Part shown: positions 31,498 to 42,474 of the stretch, piece by piece
Layout: each line of letters begins with the position of its first letter
How positions within the stretch are numbered: position 1 is the first letter of the stretch
Assembly: GCA_051294375.1 (NCBI GenBank)
Contig: CM119265.1
Coordinates: forward strand, 17,325,172-17,389,171
Source of the DNA: Paraspadella gotoi
Lineage: Eukaryota > Animalia > Chaetognatha
DNA length: 64,000 nt
Direction: 5' to 3'
Notes under the pieces: model-generated
What the model was told of the DNA's origin: nothing
Databases searched by the model: none
What the model saw: only the letters and a program-made list of their open reading frames with translations
Program-made: the position numbers and the translations under genes

Positions 31498-32236
31498 TAG
31501 GAGCTGACGTCGTTCTCAGATTATGACGACGACGATCTGGAAGAAAGAGACATTAACTACTCGACCAGGAACCGAGATTCGATATCGCGAGGATTCCGAC
31601 TTCGAGTACGGACAGTACGGACACGTCCAAGGCGAAGCCAGGGGAGAAGGTCAAGGAGGAGAAGCAGAGAAAGATCGAGGAAGATTTTTTCAATGGAGAT
31701 TTTCGTTCAAATCTGACTACCAAACAATATAAACGCTCCTAGAAAAATTCCGGTAAAAAAAATATAAAAACACTAGATTCTGATCCTGTTGCATCTGAAG
31801 GGCTCGCATTTTTTTTCTCCTGTAAAAATAACCATTATTTTGACATCAAACTATCAGATTCAAATGGACTGGTCCATTAGGGAAAATATTTTTGACGCAA
31901 TTTTTATATATAAAATAAAGGAATTTCTCAACTTCAATACAATGTAAACGCATTTAACATATGTTGTGATTTTACAATAAACTTCAAATTCAGGAATCTG
32001 AAGGGTTCTCAAAATTTTTCTTTACATTTTATTAAAGAAAGATTCAAGAAAAATCTTCTATGGCGAAAATCTTCTAAAGAAGGGGTGGATTTTCTAAAGA
32101 TTTTGGTTAATATTACTATATTTATGATCGGATTTTTTTGAAACTTAACAATAGCAATATTGCCATCATTCTACATTGGCCGGTAAAAGAATATATTTAA
32201 AAAACCTCTGGCTTTTTTCGTCAGAACTTAGTCCTA
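31498..32236. mobile_element. TIR element (TAGGA...TCCTA) carrying a captured BRWD exon fragment
   Basis: Flanked by the direct repeat TGGTTTA (31491-31497 and 32237-32243). It has short inverted termini and contains a copy of 30185-30340. Confidence 0.6.
31519..31671 (+). pseudogene. Duplicated fragment of the BRWD last exon (source 30185-30340)
   Basis: Near-identical to the source, with an 11-nt deletion, a 9-nt tandem duplication (AGTACGGAC) and a 1-nt deletion. Confidence 0.9.
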
Positions 32237-35200
32237 TGGTTTACATTGAAGCCGAAACATGTCCGAAATTTGTTATTTAATAAAACTCACTGTAAACAAA
32301 TAAGAAAAGGAAAGGAAAAACAATATTTTTATGTTATATTTTTTAAACGGTTAGCAATTGGGTTAAGGTTAGGTATTAGGGGTGGTTAGGGTTATGGGTG
32401 GTTAGGGATTTGTAATAAAAAGTGTTTTTACCCTTATCAGTATCCTTTTTTTTGCCTAGCGAGATTTTTATACGTCGCTCATAAGAAGCGGAAAAAAAAA
32501 TAACCGACCTCAAAATCCCTGTCGGCAAATGTAAAAATAAGCCCGTTTGTTTAAATTTTATTTTCGCCGACCGGCATTAAGGGTTAGGAGTTAAGGTTAT
32601 AAATTCTTAAGATGATATATCTAATGATGATTTTGTAACATTAAGGACCATAGGTATAGAACAGCTAACCTACTAAGATAAATATATTGAAGTAATGTTA
32701 ATTATTAAAACTTAATGACCCTAAACGTTCAGAAAAATTGTATGGTCAAAAATAAAAAATTACCATCCATCATCTTGATTAAAAGATAACCCCGGTCGGC
32801 GAAAGTAAAATTTAGCCAACAACTATATGTAGCTTAGTTTATAGTTATTTATCTTTATTGTAACTACAGGTTTTTGAAAAAAAATTATACTACTTTTACA
32901 CAACCTAAGAATTAATAATCGCCACTATAAGTTAGGTTTTACCTAAATTGACAAACGTACTTTTGTTTTTAAAAGCCAATTGCAAGACAACATTAGTGTA
33001 ACCTAGCGGTGGGCGGTTTCCTTTTCATCCCGCCATCTATGATGCCATTCATTGTTAAACAAATCTAATGGCGTTCTAATGGCAAGGTTAAAAATGAAAT
33101 ATTTAAACGTTTATCTGATCGATATCATAATGGTATAAATACGTCGTGATGAATTTTAAATGTGGTTTACATTATTTATTTGAAACATTCCAAACATTTT
33201 TGCTTTACTGATTTTTTGTACCGGCTTTTTTACTTTGCCAGGTTGAATTGTTCTTGATCGTTACGACTCATTTATAAGGAACATTTTTGAAAATATTCAT
33301 TTAATCGGCCACATCAAAATCTACAAACGCTTCTTCCAGCCCAACCATCAAAGCCGAGAAAAACTGGAGCAAAGATCCCTGCACCAAGCAAAGAGTAGAA
33401 AATTTATATCGTAATTACAATTATATACTGAATTTTTTTGATTCAGTATATACTTGCCGAGTTTTAACAGTTAAGAGAGGCTAAGTTAGTAGTTAAAAAC
33501 CTGTAACATCTTTGGAAAAAGTATACCAATATGCTATTAATATGAAGCCCAAGTTTTTTGGTATTTTTACAAAATCTTTTACTTTAATGGTCGTTCAGGG
33601 GACATTACTAGCGTTCTTCTATTGGTAGTCTGTATTTGTCAGTAATTTTCTTTCGCCCAAAAAAACGTTTTTCATTGTAAGTATTATTCTGGTTGTATTT
33701 GTGGTCTAGTAATTCATGAAAATTGGTGCAAGTCTTACAGTAGATTTTGTATTCTTGGTCATGAGCGTTAATCGGCCTACATAAGCTAAGGAATTTCTAT
33801 TTAAAGTAATGTCATGGTGGTACAAAAAAATTTGAATTTTGCGGAAAAATTATCATGAACGGTGTAAGTGTGCTTAAGATTCTATTCTCATATAAGAAAA
33901 AGGTAATTCGAAATTTAACTACTCAATTCGTAATAAAGGAAATGGTAATATTCGGTTCAAATTCCTTTGTTGATGAACAGATTAAGTAATTTTTTGCCTA
34001 CTTCTGGGTCTTTTATTCTTTATAGAGGGTGTCATGAAGTAATTTTACTCTAATCATTGGTAAAATCAATACAGGACTCATGTAGCTAAGTCTTTTCTAA
34101 ATTTTGTACTGTATTGGGTTTCTTTGCGAGTAAAACTAATCAAATGCTATATAATACTTGGTTTTATTATGTTTTGAAATATTTATTTGGATAGTTTCCT
34201 TTCGTTTCGTTGTTTTCGAAATTAGTATACAAAGTAGAAGTTTTTTTTTCTTTGAACAACGTTTAAATTAAACGTTGTACAAAGAAAACAAAACTCTTCT
34301 AATTTGTATAGAAATATTTATTACAGTCGAGTGTCTCATCTCCTGGAAGTTAATCTACCTCGTATAACATTTATACCTAGACTTATTCTAAGGGTGATTC
34401 TCCGCTTTTTCTTACTTGGGTAAAATATGTACACTTATTTATATATATAAAATACAGCTCTCTCTCACTGTTTCACAAAGCAATTTTTCTTTCATTTTTA
34501 ATCGTGTTATTTTGTTATTTACCTACTGGTTTAATAGGTTAAGGAATCATGTAGCATAAAAATAAGAGTGTATTATAAAGAACTTTTATGATTTTAATTG
34601 AAAAGTGTGGGTCTGTTTAAAAATTTTCATCAGGTTTGGTATTGACAAGTGTTGTATCAAAACTACTTACCAGCATGAATCGAACTATTTTTTTCTGTTT
34701 TTACAAAACAGAACAGCTGAGTCAATTTATTTATATTCAAGGTTAGTAGAACCATCTGTATCATATCTACAAATAGTTTAATAGCCGGTTTTGGTGAATC
34801 CGAATTTATTGCCAAGAAGAATATGGAAATACATTGAACTAATGCAATGATATCGATTTATTAAAATTCTGGATGTAAAACCAAAAAGTTTCTGGTCTCG
34901 GGTTGTCAATAATAGTTAAGTTATCTTTAAATTTATATATTTATTTTTCTTATTTTCCTCTGTTTTTTGAGGTCTTTGTTTTGAGGGGTCAGTTGTGAAA
35001 ATTTGTTACATTGATTAATGCAATTAGGTTATTACTAATATTATAAATAGTAATGGGCCAAGTTGAATTTATTAAATCATACCCCTACTCATGTCTGTGG
35101 GATTACACAAAGCCAGTCGGATAATTTTTAACGGCATGTATAGTATAGCTGTAAATATTTATAAACTAACAAAATCTAAATACTTCTTTACATTATTTTT

Positions 35201-36193
35201 ATTTCAAAAGTTTTAAATGTTGCAAATATTTGAAATCATAAACGGATTTGAGTTCCTCGCCACGGAGGGTTGAAAGTCTTAGAAAAGATCCTGCTAATTA
35301 TGGCAGTTTATGAAACCCCGAAATGATAGCCTGTCGAACTGGATTCAAGCGAATCCACAACTGAATAAATTTATATTTTATCAAAAGATGTTGTTTGTTT
35401 GCTCGACCATGTACAGATAACTGAAGAGGACCTAGGCACAGTGATCCAAATGGCCTAAATTTCTTTTTTGGCTAAAACAACTTTTTTTCGTATGCTGATT
35501 ATCATAGATGCCCTCTGAGGTTCTTTGAAACGTTTCAAATTATAAAAAGTAATTTGAAAAAAATATTGATAAAAAATTCATTAACCGATAATTTTGATTC
35601 TAAAAGAAATCATTTCTGGTAGTAGACCGACTTTTGATTCATAATTTTGATATTAAAAGGAAATTGACCCAACCTAATATTTTTTTAAAAATAAAATCAT
35701 TAATTTAATCTTTTTAAAAGTGCACTAAGCAAATTAAGATCGGAAAATCGATCAAAGAAAAGAATCATATGGTAATTTCTGAAGAATATTGAATTCTTTT
35801 TTATTATTTTTTGAATGAAAAGCATTTTTGGATTTCTCAGAAGGGCGGACAAATGCGGATGAGATTTAATTAATAACTGATGAGTGATAAGATGTATTAT
35901 TAGGAACTAAATTTGGTTGATTGAAATTGGTTAAAATTCTATGAGTTTTTATTATGTTTTTCATATCATACCTAGTGACATAATATAAAAATCTTTTTTT
36001 TATTAGTCAACAAACTAGACAAAGAGCTTTTAACATAAAGTCAAATGATTTTTCTCTTCCACCCATGTGGGTAAAACAAACCTCTCAAAGATTCACCCGA
36101 AATAAAGATTTGCTTATAACTTAAGAAAGAAAATTTTTTAGAAACTGTTATCTTACATAAGACTTTGTACCATTACTATGAAAAGATTGAATA

Positions 36194-36907
36194 CAGAAGG
36201 CTTCATATTATAAAATGTGGTACCCCTTTTTATTGACCAGAATCTGTTCCCATCAAACTACCCGATCAAATTTAATGAAATTTTACATTTAGAGTGCTAA
36301 TGACTAATAAATGGAACTATCGAGGCGAATTTTGACATTCAACCCCTGACAAGAGATATAGGGCCCTGGGAGGCCAAAAAATGCTAAATTTTTTTTTTGG
36401 CATTTTTCAAAATTTTTTAGTAGCATCAGGTGCATTGACGTTTTGAACATAAAAAAAAACATTTTAGAACTAAAATTGATAAATTTGCAATAATTAAGCA
36501 TGGTTGAAGATGCATGGTTCATTGTTTTACTTCCAATTTTCCCAAATTATTCCAAATCTGACTTTAACTGCTGATGTTCATGAAGCTAAAAATTAAGGTA
36601 AATGAATATTTTTGAGGTAATAAATACGTTTTTGTGGAAGAGTAAATGTCTGTGCAACTGTTCAAAACAAAAATAATAAAACAATTTGAAAAAATTTTTT
36701 GACCATTTTTTGCCCCCATGGGTGACCCCCTGGGGGGCCCATATCTCGGCTCAGCGGTCAAATATTGAAATTCGTCTTGATAGTTTTATTAGTATTCACA
36801 TAGGGATCTTTCATTCCAAATTTCAATAAATTTGGTCCAGTAGTTTTTTCGGGACGAGTTCTGGTCACAAAAAAGGGGTACCACATTTTATAATATGAAG
36901 CCTTCTG
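36194..36907. mobile_element. Tc1/mariner-like MITE
   Basis: Long TIRs CAGAAGGCTTCATATTATAAAATGTGGTACCCC... / ...GGGGTACCACATTTTATAATATGAAGCCTTCTG, flanked by TA. A related copy lies at ~62250-62525. Confidence 0.85.
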
Positions 36908-38306
36908 TATGTATTTATGCCTGTATGTTTTTATCCAGTTTTAATTTTTTTTTTGGATCACTGTGCTTGGGCCAGAAATTTAAACGTTAAGCGGAAGTAT
37001 GCGCGCGCGCCCGATTGTTTATTTTTTAGTTTGTGCTTTTTATGATTAACAATGTATAAAAATGTTATTACACGAAAAAATGGTAAAAGTTATTACTTAA
37101 CAAGCCTAACCCTAACCACCCCAAACCTTGAACCATCTTCGGCGAATGTAAAATCAAGCCGTTTAATTTATCATCTTTAAATCGGTTTAAGGGTGTTCAA
37201 AATTTTGTCTACAAGTAACGAATTAAAATTAATGTGTGGCAAATGAGTTTTACTCGAAAAATAATAAGGTTGTACACTATTGTATTGGACGGCATTTAGC
37301 ATTTGGGATATTTTGGTACCTCAGTGTAACTTTGAAGAGGTATCATTTTAAGAAGAGTTCCGACAGATTATAGTTGATAATAATAGTAAATTATGAGTCC
37401 TGTAATTCTTGCCGAGATATAATTTTTTAGGGGACGGTTGAAAATTTGTTAAAAATATCAATTCACTGAAAAATATTATTGGTTTATATTTTATTGACAG
37501 GCTTTTCTGGCACATATTATTATTTAAGCACAGCAAAAAAGCTCTTTTCGTTGATTTTTGGTTTGTAAATTAGAATCACACTAATCTCTGGGTGTTCTTC
37601 ATTAAATTTGTTGTGAAAAGAAATGAAAGCTTTAGATTTAAAATATATACTTAAACAAAATTCTAATATGACAGATAATTTAAATCTAGAAAGCTTGGCA
37701 TTTGATGTAATTTATTTCATAATTATAATAATGTTTATGCTATTAAAAAATAGAATAAACGAGGCAAACCGTTAGATAACCGGCTGGCTTTTCACTACTG
37801 TAACGATCAAATCTGTATTCAGCTAGAGTCAGTTATTTAGATATACCTTTTCAAAAATTTAGAAAAATTTTGTTTTCAAATCCTTTGAGAAAATGTTTTT
37901 TAAGATTCAAATTCTTAACTAAAGTCGATGTTGAAATGATGCACCAGTTAGAAAAAATTAGTAGAATAATTCGTAGGTTGTATTTATTGTGAATTTTTTC
38001 ATCTTACATCCTTTTTAACACATCTGCTGCATATCAGATAACACTAGCCTTTTTTTCAACGAGATTGAATTTTTTTAAAAAGGAGTAGTAGGGCGTTATA
38101 TACTTGGTTTTTTCTTTGGTAAAAAAATTGTCAGTTTTATTCAATAAATTTAGTATAATTTGGTTTCAGTAGTGTTATATAAATTTTAATTATATTGCTT
38201 TGAATTTGTTTGCAGAAGCATCCAGTATTTTTTATCTTCCTACAGCAATTCTGGTTTACATGCAATTTTATAGCAAAGCAAACCATAAATAGTAATTTTA
38301 TATAAA

Positions 38307-39536
38307 ATGGCGCATTATTCATCGGGGGGCTATGGAGCCGGGGCTCCTGGCTCATACGGTCAGCAAGGTGGCTACGGTGGCGGTGGCGGAGGTAGAGTAT
38401 TAATATTAAGACAAATCAAATCATTGTAAATTTAAAAAAGGTTGTAAGAAAAAACTTGCTCTGCCTATTAGGTGGCTATGGCCAACAGGGCTATGGTGAT
38501 AGCCAGGGTGGCTATGGATACGGCCAAGGAGGCGCTGCTGGTTACGGGCAGCAAGGCTACGGCCAAAGCCAGGGAGGTTATGGCGCTGATGGATACGGAT
38601 ATGACGCAGGCGGTTATGGCGCAAATGGCAATGGATACGGTGGCGATCAAGGCAATTACGGAGGCGGTGGTTACGGTGGAGGCAGAGGCCGCGGCGGTCG
38701 CGGTGGGGGTTACGGAAGTGGCGGCGGCTACGGCGGTGGGCAGACCGGCTCGTTCGAAGACATGCCTCTTGACACCGTCAAAGTCGTCGGGATTCCTCCG
38801 GAGACCACCGAGGACCAGTTAGCCACCTACTTCGGACAAATTGGCGTGATCAAAAAGAAAAAGGATAAGGCGGCGGTGTACATAAACCGAGAAAAAAACC
38901 ATGGTTATATTCATTACGAAGACGTAACAGCCGCCGCCTCCGCTCCAAAATGGTTCAACGGCAGGGAGTTTCCCGACACCGGTTCGGGATACACTATCAC
39001 GGTCACTGTCGTCCCGCAGTACGACAAAAATCGTGGACGGGGACGCGGCGGTCCTGGGGGCGCCGGAGGTGGACGAGGAGACGGAGGCCGGGGCCGCGGC
39101 AGGGGCGGCGATCGTGGCGGTCGCGGCGGAGGTGCCCGAGGAGGAGGTGAAGGTGGAAAACCCCGTGAAGGCGACTGGACCTGCGACTCGTGAGTACAAA
39201 TTATTTCTATAGCTTTAAATTCGAATTTTTCATCAGTAAAATCAGTTTTGTTTTTTGAAACTGCTTATACTACTGTACAGATGCGGCAACAACAATTTCG
39301 CCTGGCGACAGGAGTGTAACCGTTGTAAAGAAGCTCGAGGAGATGGCGCTGGAGGTGGTGGCGGCGGCGGCGGCGGCGCTCCTCGTGGAGGGCGCGGCGG
39401 TGGATTCCGCGGTGGACGCGGCGGAGGGGATCGTGGTGGCCGGGGAGGTGGGAGAGGAGGAGACCGCGGGGGTCGTGGAGGCGGCCCGATGAGAGGAGGG
39501 CGCGGTGGTCGGGGAGGTAGACCTGCTCCCTATTAA
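38307..39536 (+). CDS. FET-family RNA-binding protein (FUS/EWSR1/TAF15, cabeza-like); 3 exons 38307-38391, 38472-39189, 39281-39536
   Basis: G/Y/Q prion-like N-terminus, RRM (YFGQIGVIK...KWFNG), RGG boxes, RanBP2 zinc finger (REGDWTC...CGNNNFAWRQECNRC) and C-terminal PY-NLS (RPAPY). Confidence 0.93.
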
Positions 39537-40667
39537 TATTATTCCGTTACCGCGTTCAGAAAAATAAATTTCATTGCTTTACTAATTTTACACGATTGTT
39601 TAAATAATATCTTTCTTTGATAAAAAAATCTGTTTTTTTTTTCATTTAAATGAAAATATTAAACCCCGTTAATTTCATTTAACATTCATTATATCGATCC
39701 TTAGTGCATGTTGAATTTGTTTTCATCCAGGAATTGTAAAGTTCGTTTTCCATTTTTACCACATCGGTAATCTATTCTGGTGCGTACGTCAGAGAGATCC
39801 ATCATAGCGTTTTCTTAATATTTTTTTCAATGCCGAGCCAACAAAGTACAGTGTGAGTTTTTATTTTACTTAAAACTTCGTTTTAATTCCATGAATTTGG
39901 CGTCATTAATGTACAAGTTTGTAATAGTGGTCGATGTAACCACGTACCAATGGCATGGGTACGTTATGATGTCTAAATGGTAAGTTATAAGGTAAATTAA
40001 AGTATATACTTCATGAATTGGTAACTCCGCTAAGGTGATAACCAAAAAGACGCCTCAGTAAAGGTTATTTCAAAGATTTTTTCAGTCATCGTTACTTTTA
40101 TATAAAGAGGAAGATGACTTCGTAAACGCAACGATAATTTATATGTAGGGATGTTTGTTTTTGCAGGGCAGAAGTTGTGGGTAATAAGTACGTAATAGTT
40201 ATTCAAAGGTTGAACCGATTATTATTTGTAAACATACGTATTGTTTACATTCAAAATGCGAAAACTTCAAACCGTGTCCGTTTTATATTTTTCTTTTAAT
40301 ATGAACAATTGTATAGTCGCAGAATTTTACCTGGGTGCTAAAAACCAGATGTCATATCAGGAAAAAAAACAGCTCATCAATACTCAAAAATTTACATCCC
40401 TGCAGCCAAGGGTTAAAATTTGTTTCAAATAAGTTTCGCTATTCTTGAAAGAAAAACTATTCAAACCGATAATAAAGGACTAAAAGTTGATCACGTCATA
40501 AAATATGAAACCGTACAAGTACAAAACAAACTGGGCTTCTCAAAACGGTATCCTTTTTCCAGATGTTACCAATTTTCGAAGGTTTTTTACGATGAGCTTG
40601 GTCTTAAAAAAAGTCAATTTCTTTAACTTATTTTTATTTCCACCCATCCCAGGCACAGTCAATTAAG

Positions 40668-42341
40668 ATGTACGTGGAGGTGTTTAAAAAAGTCGTAAAG
40701 CACGAACTAGAAAAAAACAATCGGAAAAATCTGTATGTCGAGTTTATCGAATTACTTCAAAACGGAATCGCGACGAAGCGTTCAATCGCCGAATCTTGTT
40801 CGAAGCTGCTCATCGAGTGGCCGATGCTCTCGATTCTCAGTCTGGGATTAGCAACGTGCGACGACCAAAACCTACGATCGTCCCTTCCCCGCTCTCTGAA
40901 GTCGGTCTTTCGGAGTTACCAGCGCTATCTCAAAGGCCAGCACCATCGCTTCCTGAACGCCTTGATGAAAGAAACTTTCATCGCCGTCTTGCGTTCCTAC
41001 GATTTGGGGAGGTCCAGCTTTGAAATATTATTTCGCCTCTGTCGAAATCATTCGAAACTCCTTAAACAACTTAAATCATTAAAGGAAACTTGCGATTCCG
41101 TCTGCCAGAGTTTAAAAAAAAATTACGATGGTCGGGAAGAAAGCCACATTCGTATCGGAACATCGGGAAAACCTCGGTCTCAATGCGATTGCGTCGATGC
41201 AACAGACGTTTCTCGCAAATCAAATTCATTAACTTTGTGCAACTATAAAGGCAGCAATTTTGCGGAGCTCAATATACCCTCGTCCAAACGAGTTCGCGTT
41301 GAATCGTCGGTAATTCTTCACGACAAGGCAGAAAAATCAATTCTTGGCCAACGTTCTAAAGTAATCTGTACCGAAGGTTCAAATTTTAATGGAAAACCCC
41401 TTTTTAGCGCGAAGTCATCGTTGGAGGCCGCTTGCAATGACCATAGCAAGAATTCTCCCGTACATTCCCAATGCAACAATATTCCGTCTTCTGAACGTTT
41501 ATCAGTTGCGTCACCGAAATCCCCATTATTAACTCGCAAATCTTTCACAAACTCAGTTATGCAGGAAAAAGACGGTCCGAATTATGATTTAAATTGCAAG
41601 AATAATTCATACGATGATAGCACAAATAGTAAAAAACGAAAAACTTTTTCGCATGAATCTCTAAAATTTGAATTATGCAATGGAAGTAACCAACCCAGTT
41701 CGTCCAAACTCGACCATGTTGGGAATTTTTCCTCAAATTTAATGCATGAAGTTGCACCAATGCAAAGTCTGGAAAAAGTTTTCTGTAAACTTACTGAAAA
41801 TGATTCTAAAGTTTTACAAGCTGATTGTGATCTCAGCTTGTTTACTGATGAGGACTGGAATTATGCTTCGCCAGATGTAGAGCTTTGTTTTAAAAATATG
41901 GAAATTCTAAAAACAAGTGAAGAAAAACAGGTCGCTGAAAGTACCTCCGTTTTAGAAAATAAAGACGATTTTGACAACCATGTCGCCATTTCAAAAATTC
42001 ATTTTTCGAGCAATTCGCTAGAGGACAGATCCAATTTTAACCAATTAGAAAAATCTGTAGCAAGATCTCCTCAACACAAGTCTGAGAACTGCATTACAAT
42101 TTTTCCTGAGATTGTTGATGAACTAGTCAATGGTGTTAAATGGACTCATTCTATGGACATTCAGTTACTTAATGATTGCCAAAAAGAAGGTCCTAATGAT
42201 ACAACTTTTCGACGATTTTCTGAGCTTCATGGGATTACGGTACCTAAAGTTACTGAAAGGCTACTATTTCTACTTGAAAAGCTCGATGAAATGAGCGACT
42301 CTAATGATTCGGAAGCGGAAGAAAACGATTGTAACTCATAA
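40668..42341 (+). CDS. GON4L/CASP8AP2(FLASH)-like protein (last large exon; 5' exons unresolved, possibly from ~39968)
   Basis: C-terminal WTHSMDIQLLNDCQKEGPNDTTFRRF...VTERLLFLL matches the FLASH/GON4L SANT/Myb-like domain. N-terminal LYVEFIELL...KLLIEWPML is PAH-like. Confidence 0.65.
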   Translation: MYVEVFKKVVKHELEKNNRKNLYVEFIELLQNGIATKRSIAESCSKLLIEWPMLSILSLGLATCDDQNLRSSLPRSLKSVFRSYQRYLKGQHHRFLNALMKETFIAVLRSYDLGRSSFEILFRLCRNHSKLLKQLKSLKETCDSVCQSLKKNYDGREESHIRIGTSGKPRSQCDCVDATDVSRKSNSLTLCNYKGSNFAELNIPSSKRVRVESSVILHDKAEKSILGQRSKVICTEGSNFNGKPLFSAKSSLEAACNDHSKNSPVHSQCNNIPSSERLSVASPKSPLLTRKSFTNSVMQEKDGPNYDLNCKNNSYDDSTNSKKRKTFSHESLKFELCNGSNQPSSSKLDHVGNFSSNLMHEVAPMQSLEKVFCKLTENDSKVLQADCDLSLFTDEDWNYASPDVELCFKNMEILKTSEEKQVAESTSVLENKDDFDNHVAISKIHFSSNSLEDRSNFNQLEKSVARSPQHKSENCITIFPEIVDELVNGVKWTHSMDIQLLNDCQKEGPNDTTFRRFSELHGITVPKVTERLLFLLEKLDEMSDSNDSEAEENDCNS

Positions 42342-42474
42342 CGTTTAATTTTTATTAGTTATTTTAGTTATTTTTAATTTAGTACATCAACTTCTTATAT
42401 TTTTAAAGAACCTGGTTCTTTTATTGATTTTAAATATATTTATTGCAGAAATAGGACCAAGTTCTGGGTTGAAT

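Larger units (their letters stand above)
31338..32288. repeat. Inverted pair of Penelope-type minimal hammerhead motifs (31338-31407 minus; 31475-31497 + 32244-32288 plus, split by an insertion)
   Basis: Removing the insertion restores CTGATGA-T-GGTTT(ACATTG)AAGCC-GAAAC-AT-GTC. Its reverse complement matches 31338-31407. Confidence 0.7.

Noticed and set aside
33200-35300. Highly decayed non-LTR RT on the minus strand (faint SLAYVGRLTL-like words)
   Set aside because: Many stops and no intact diagnostic motif. It cannot be supported without a profile search.
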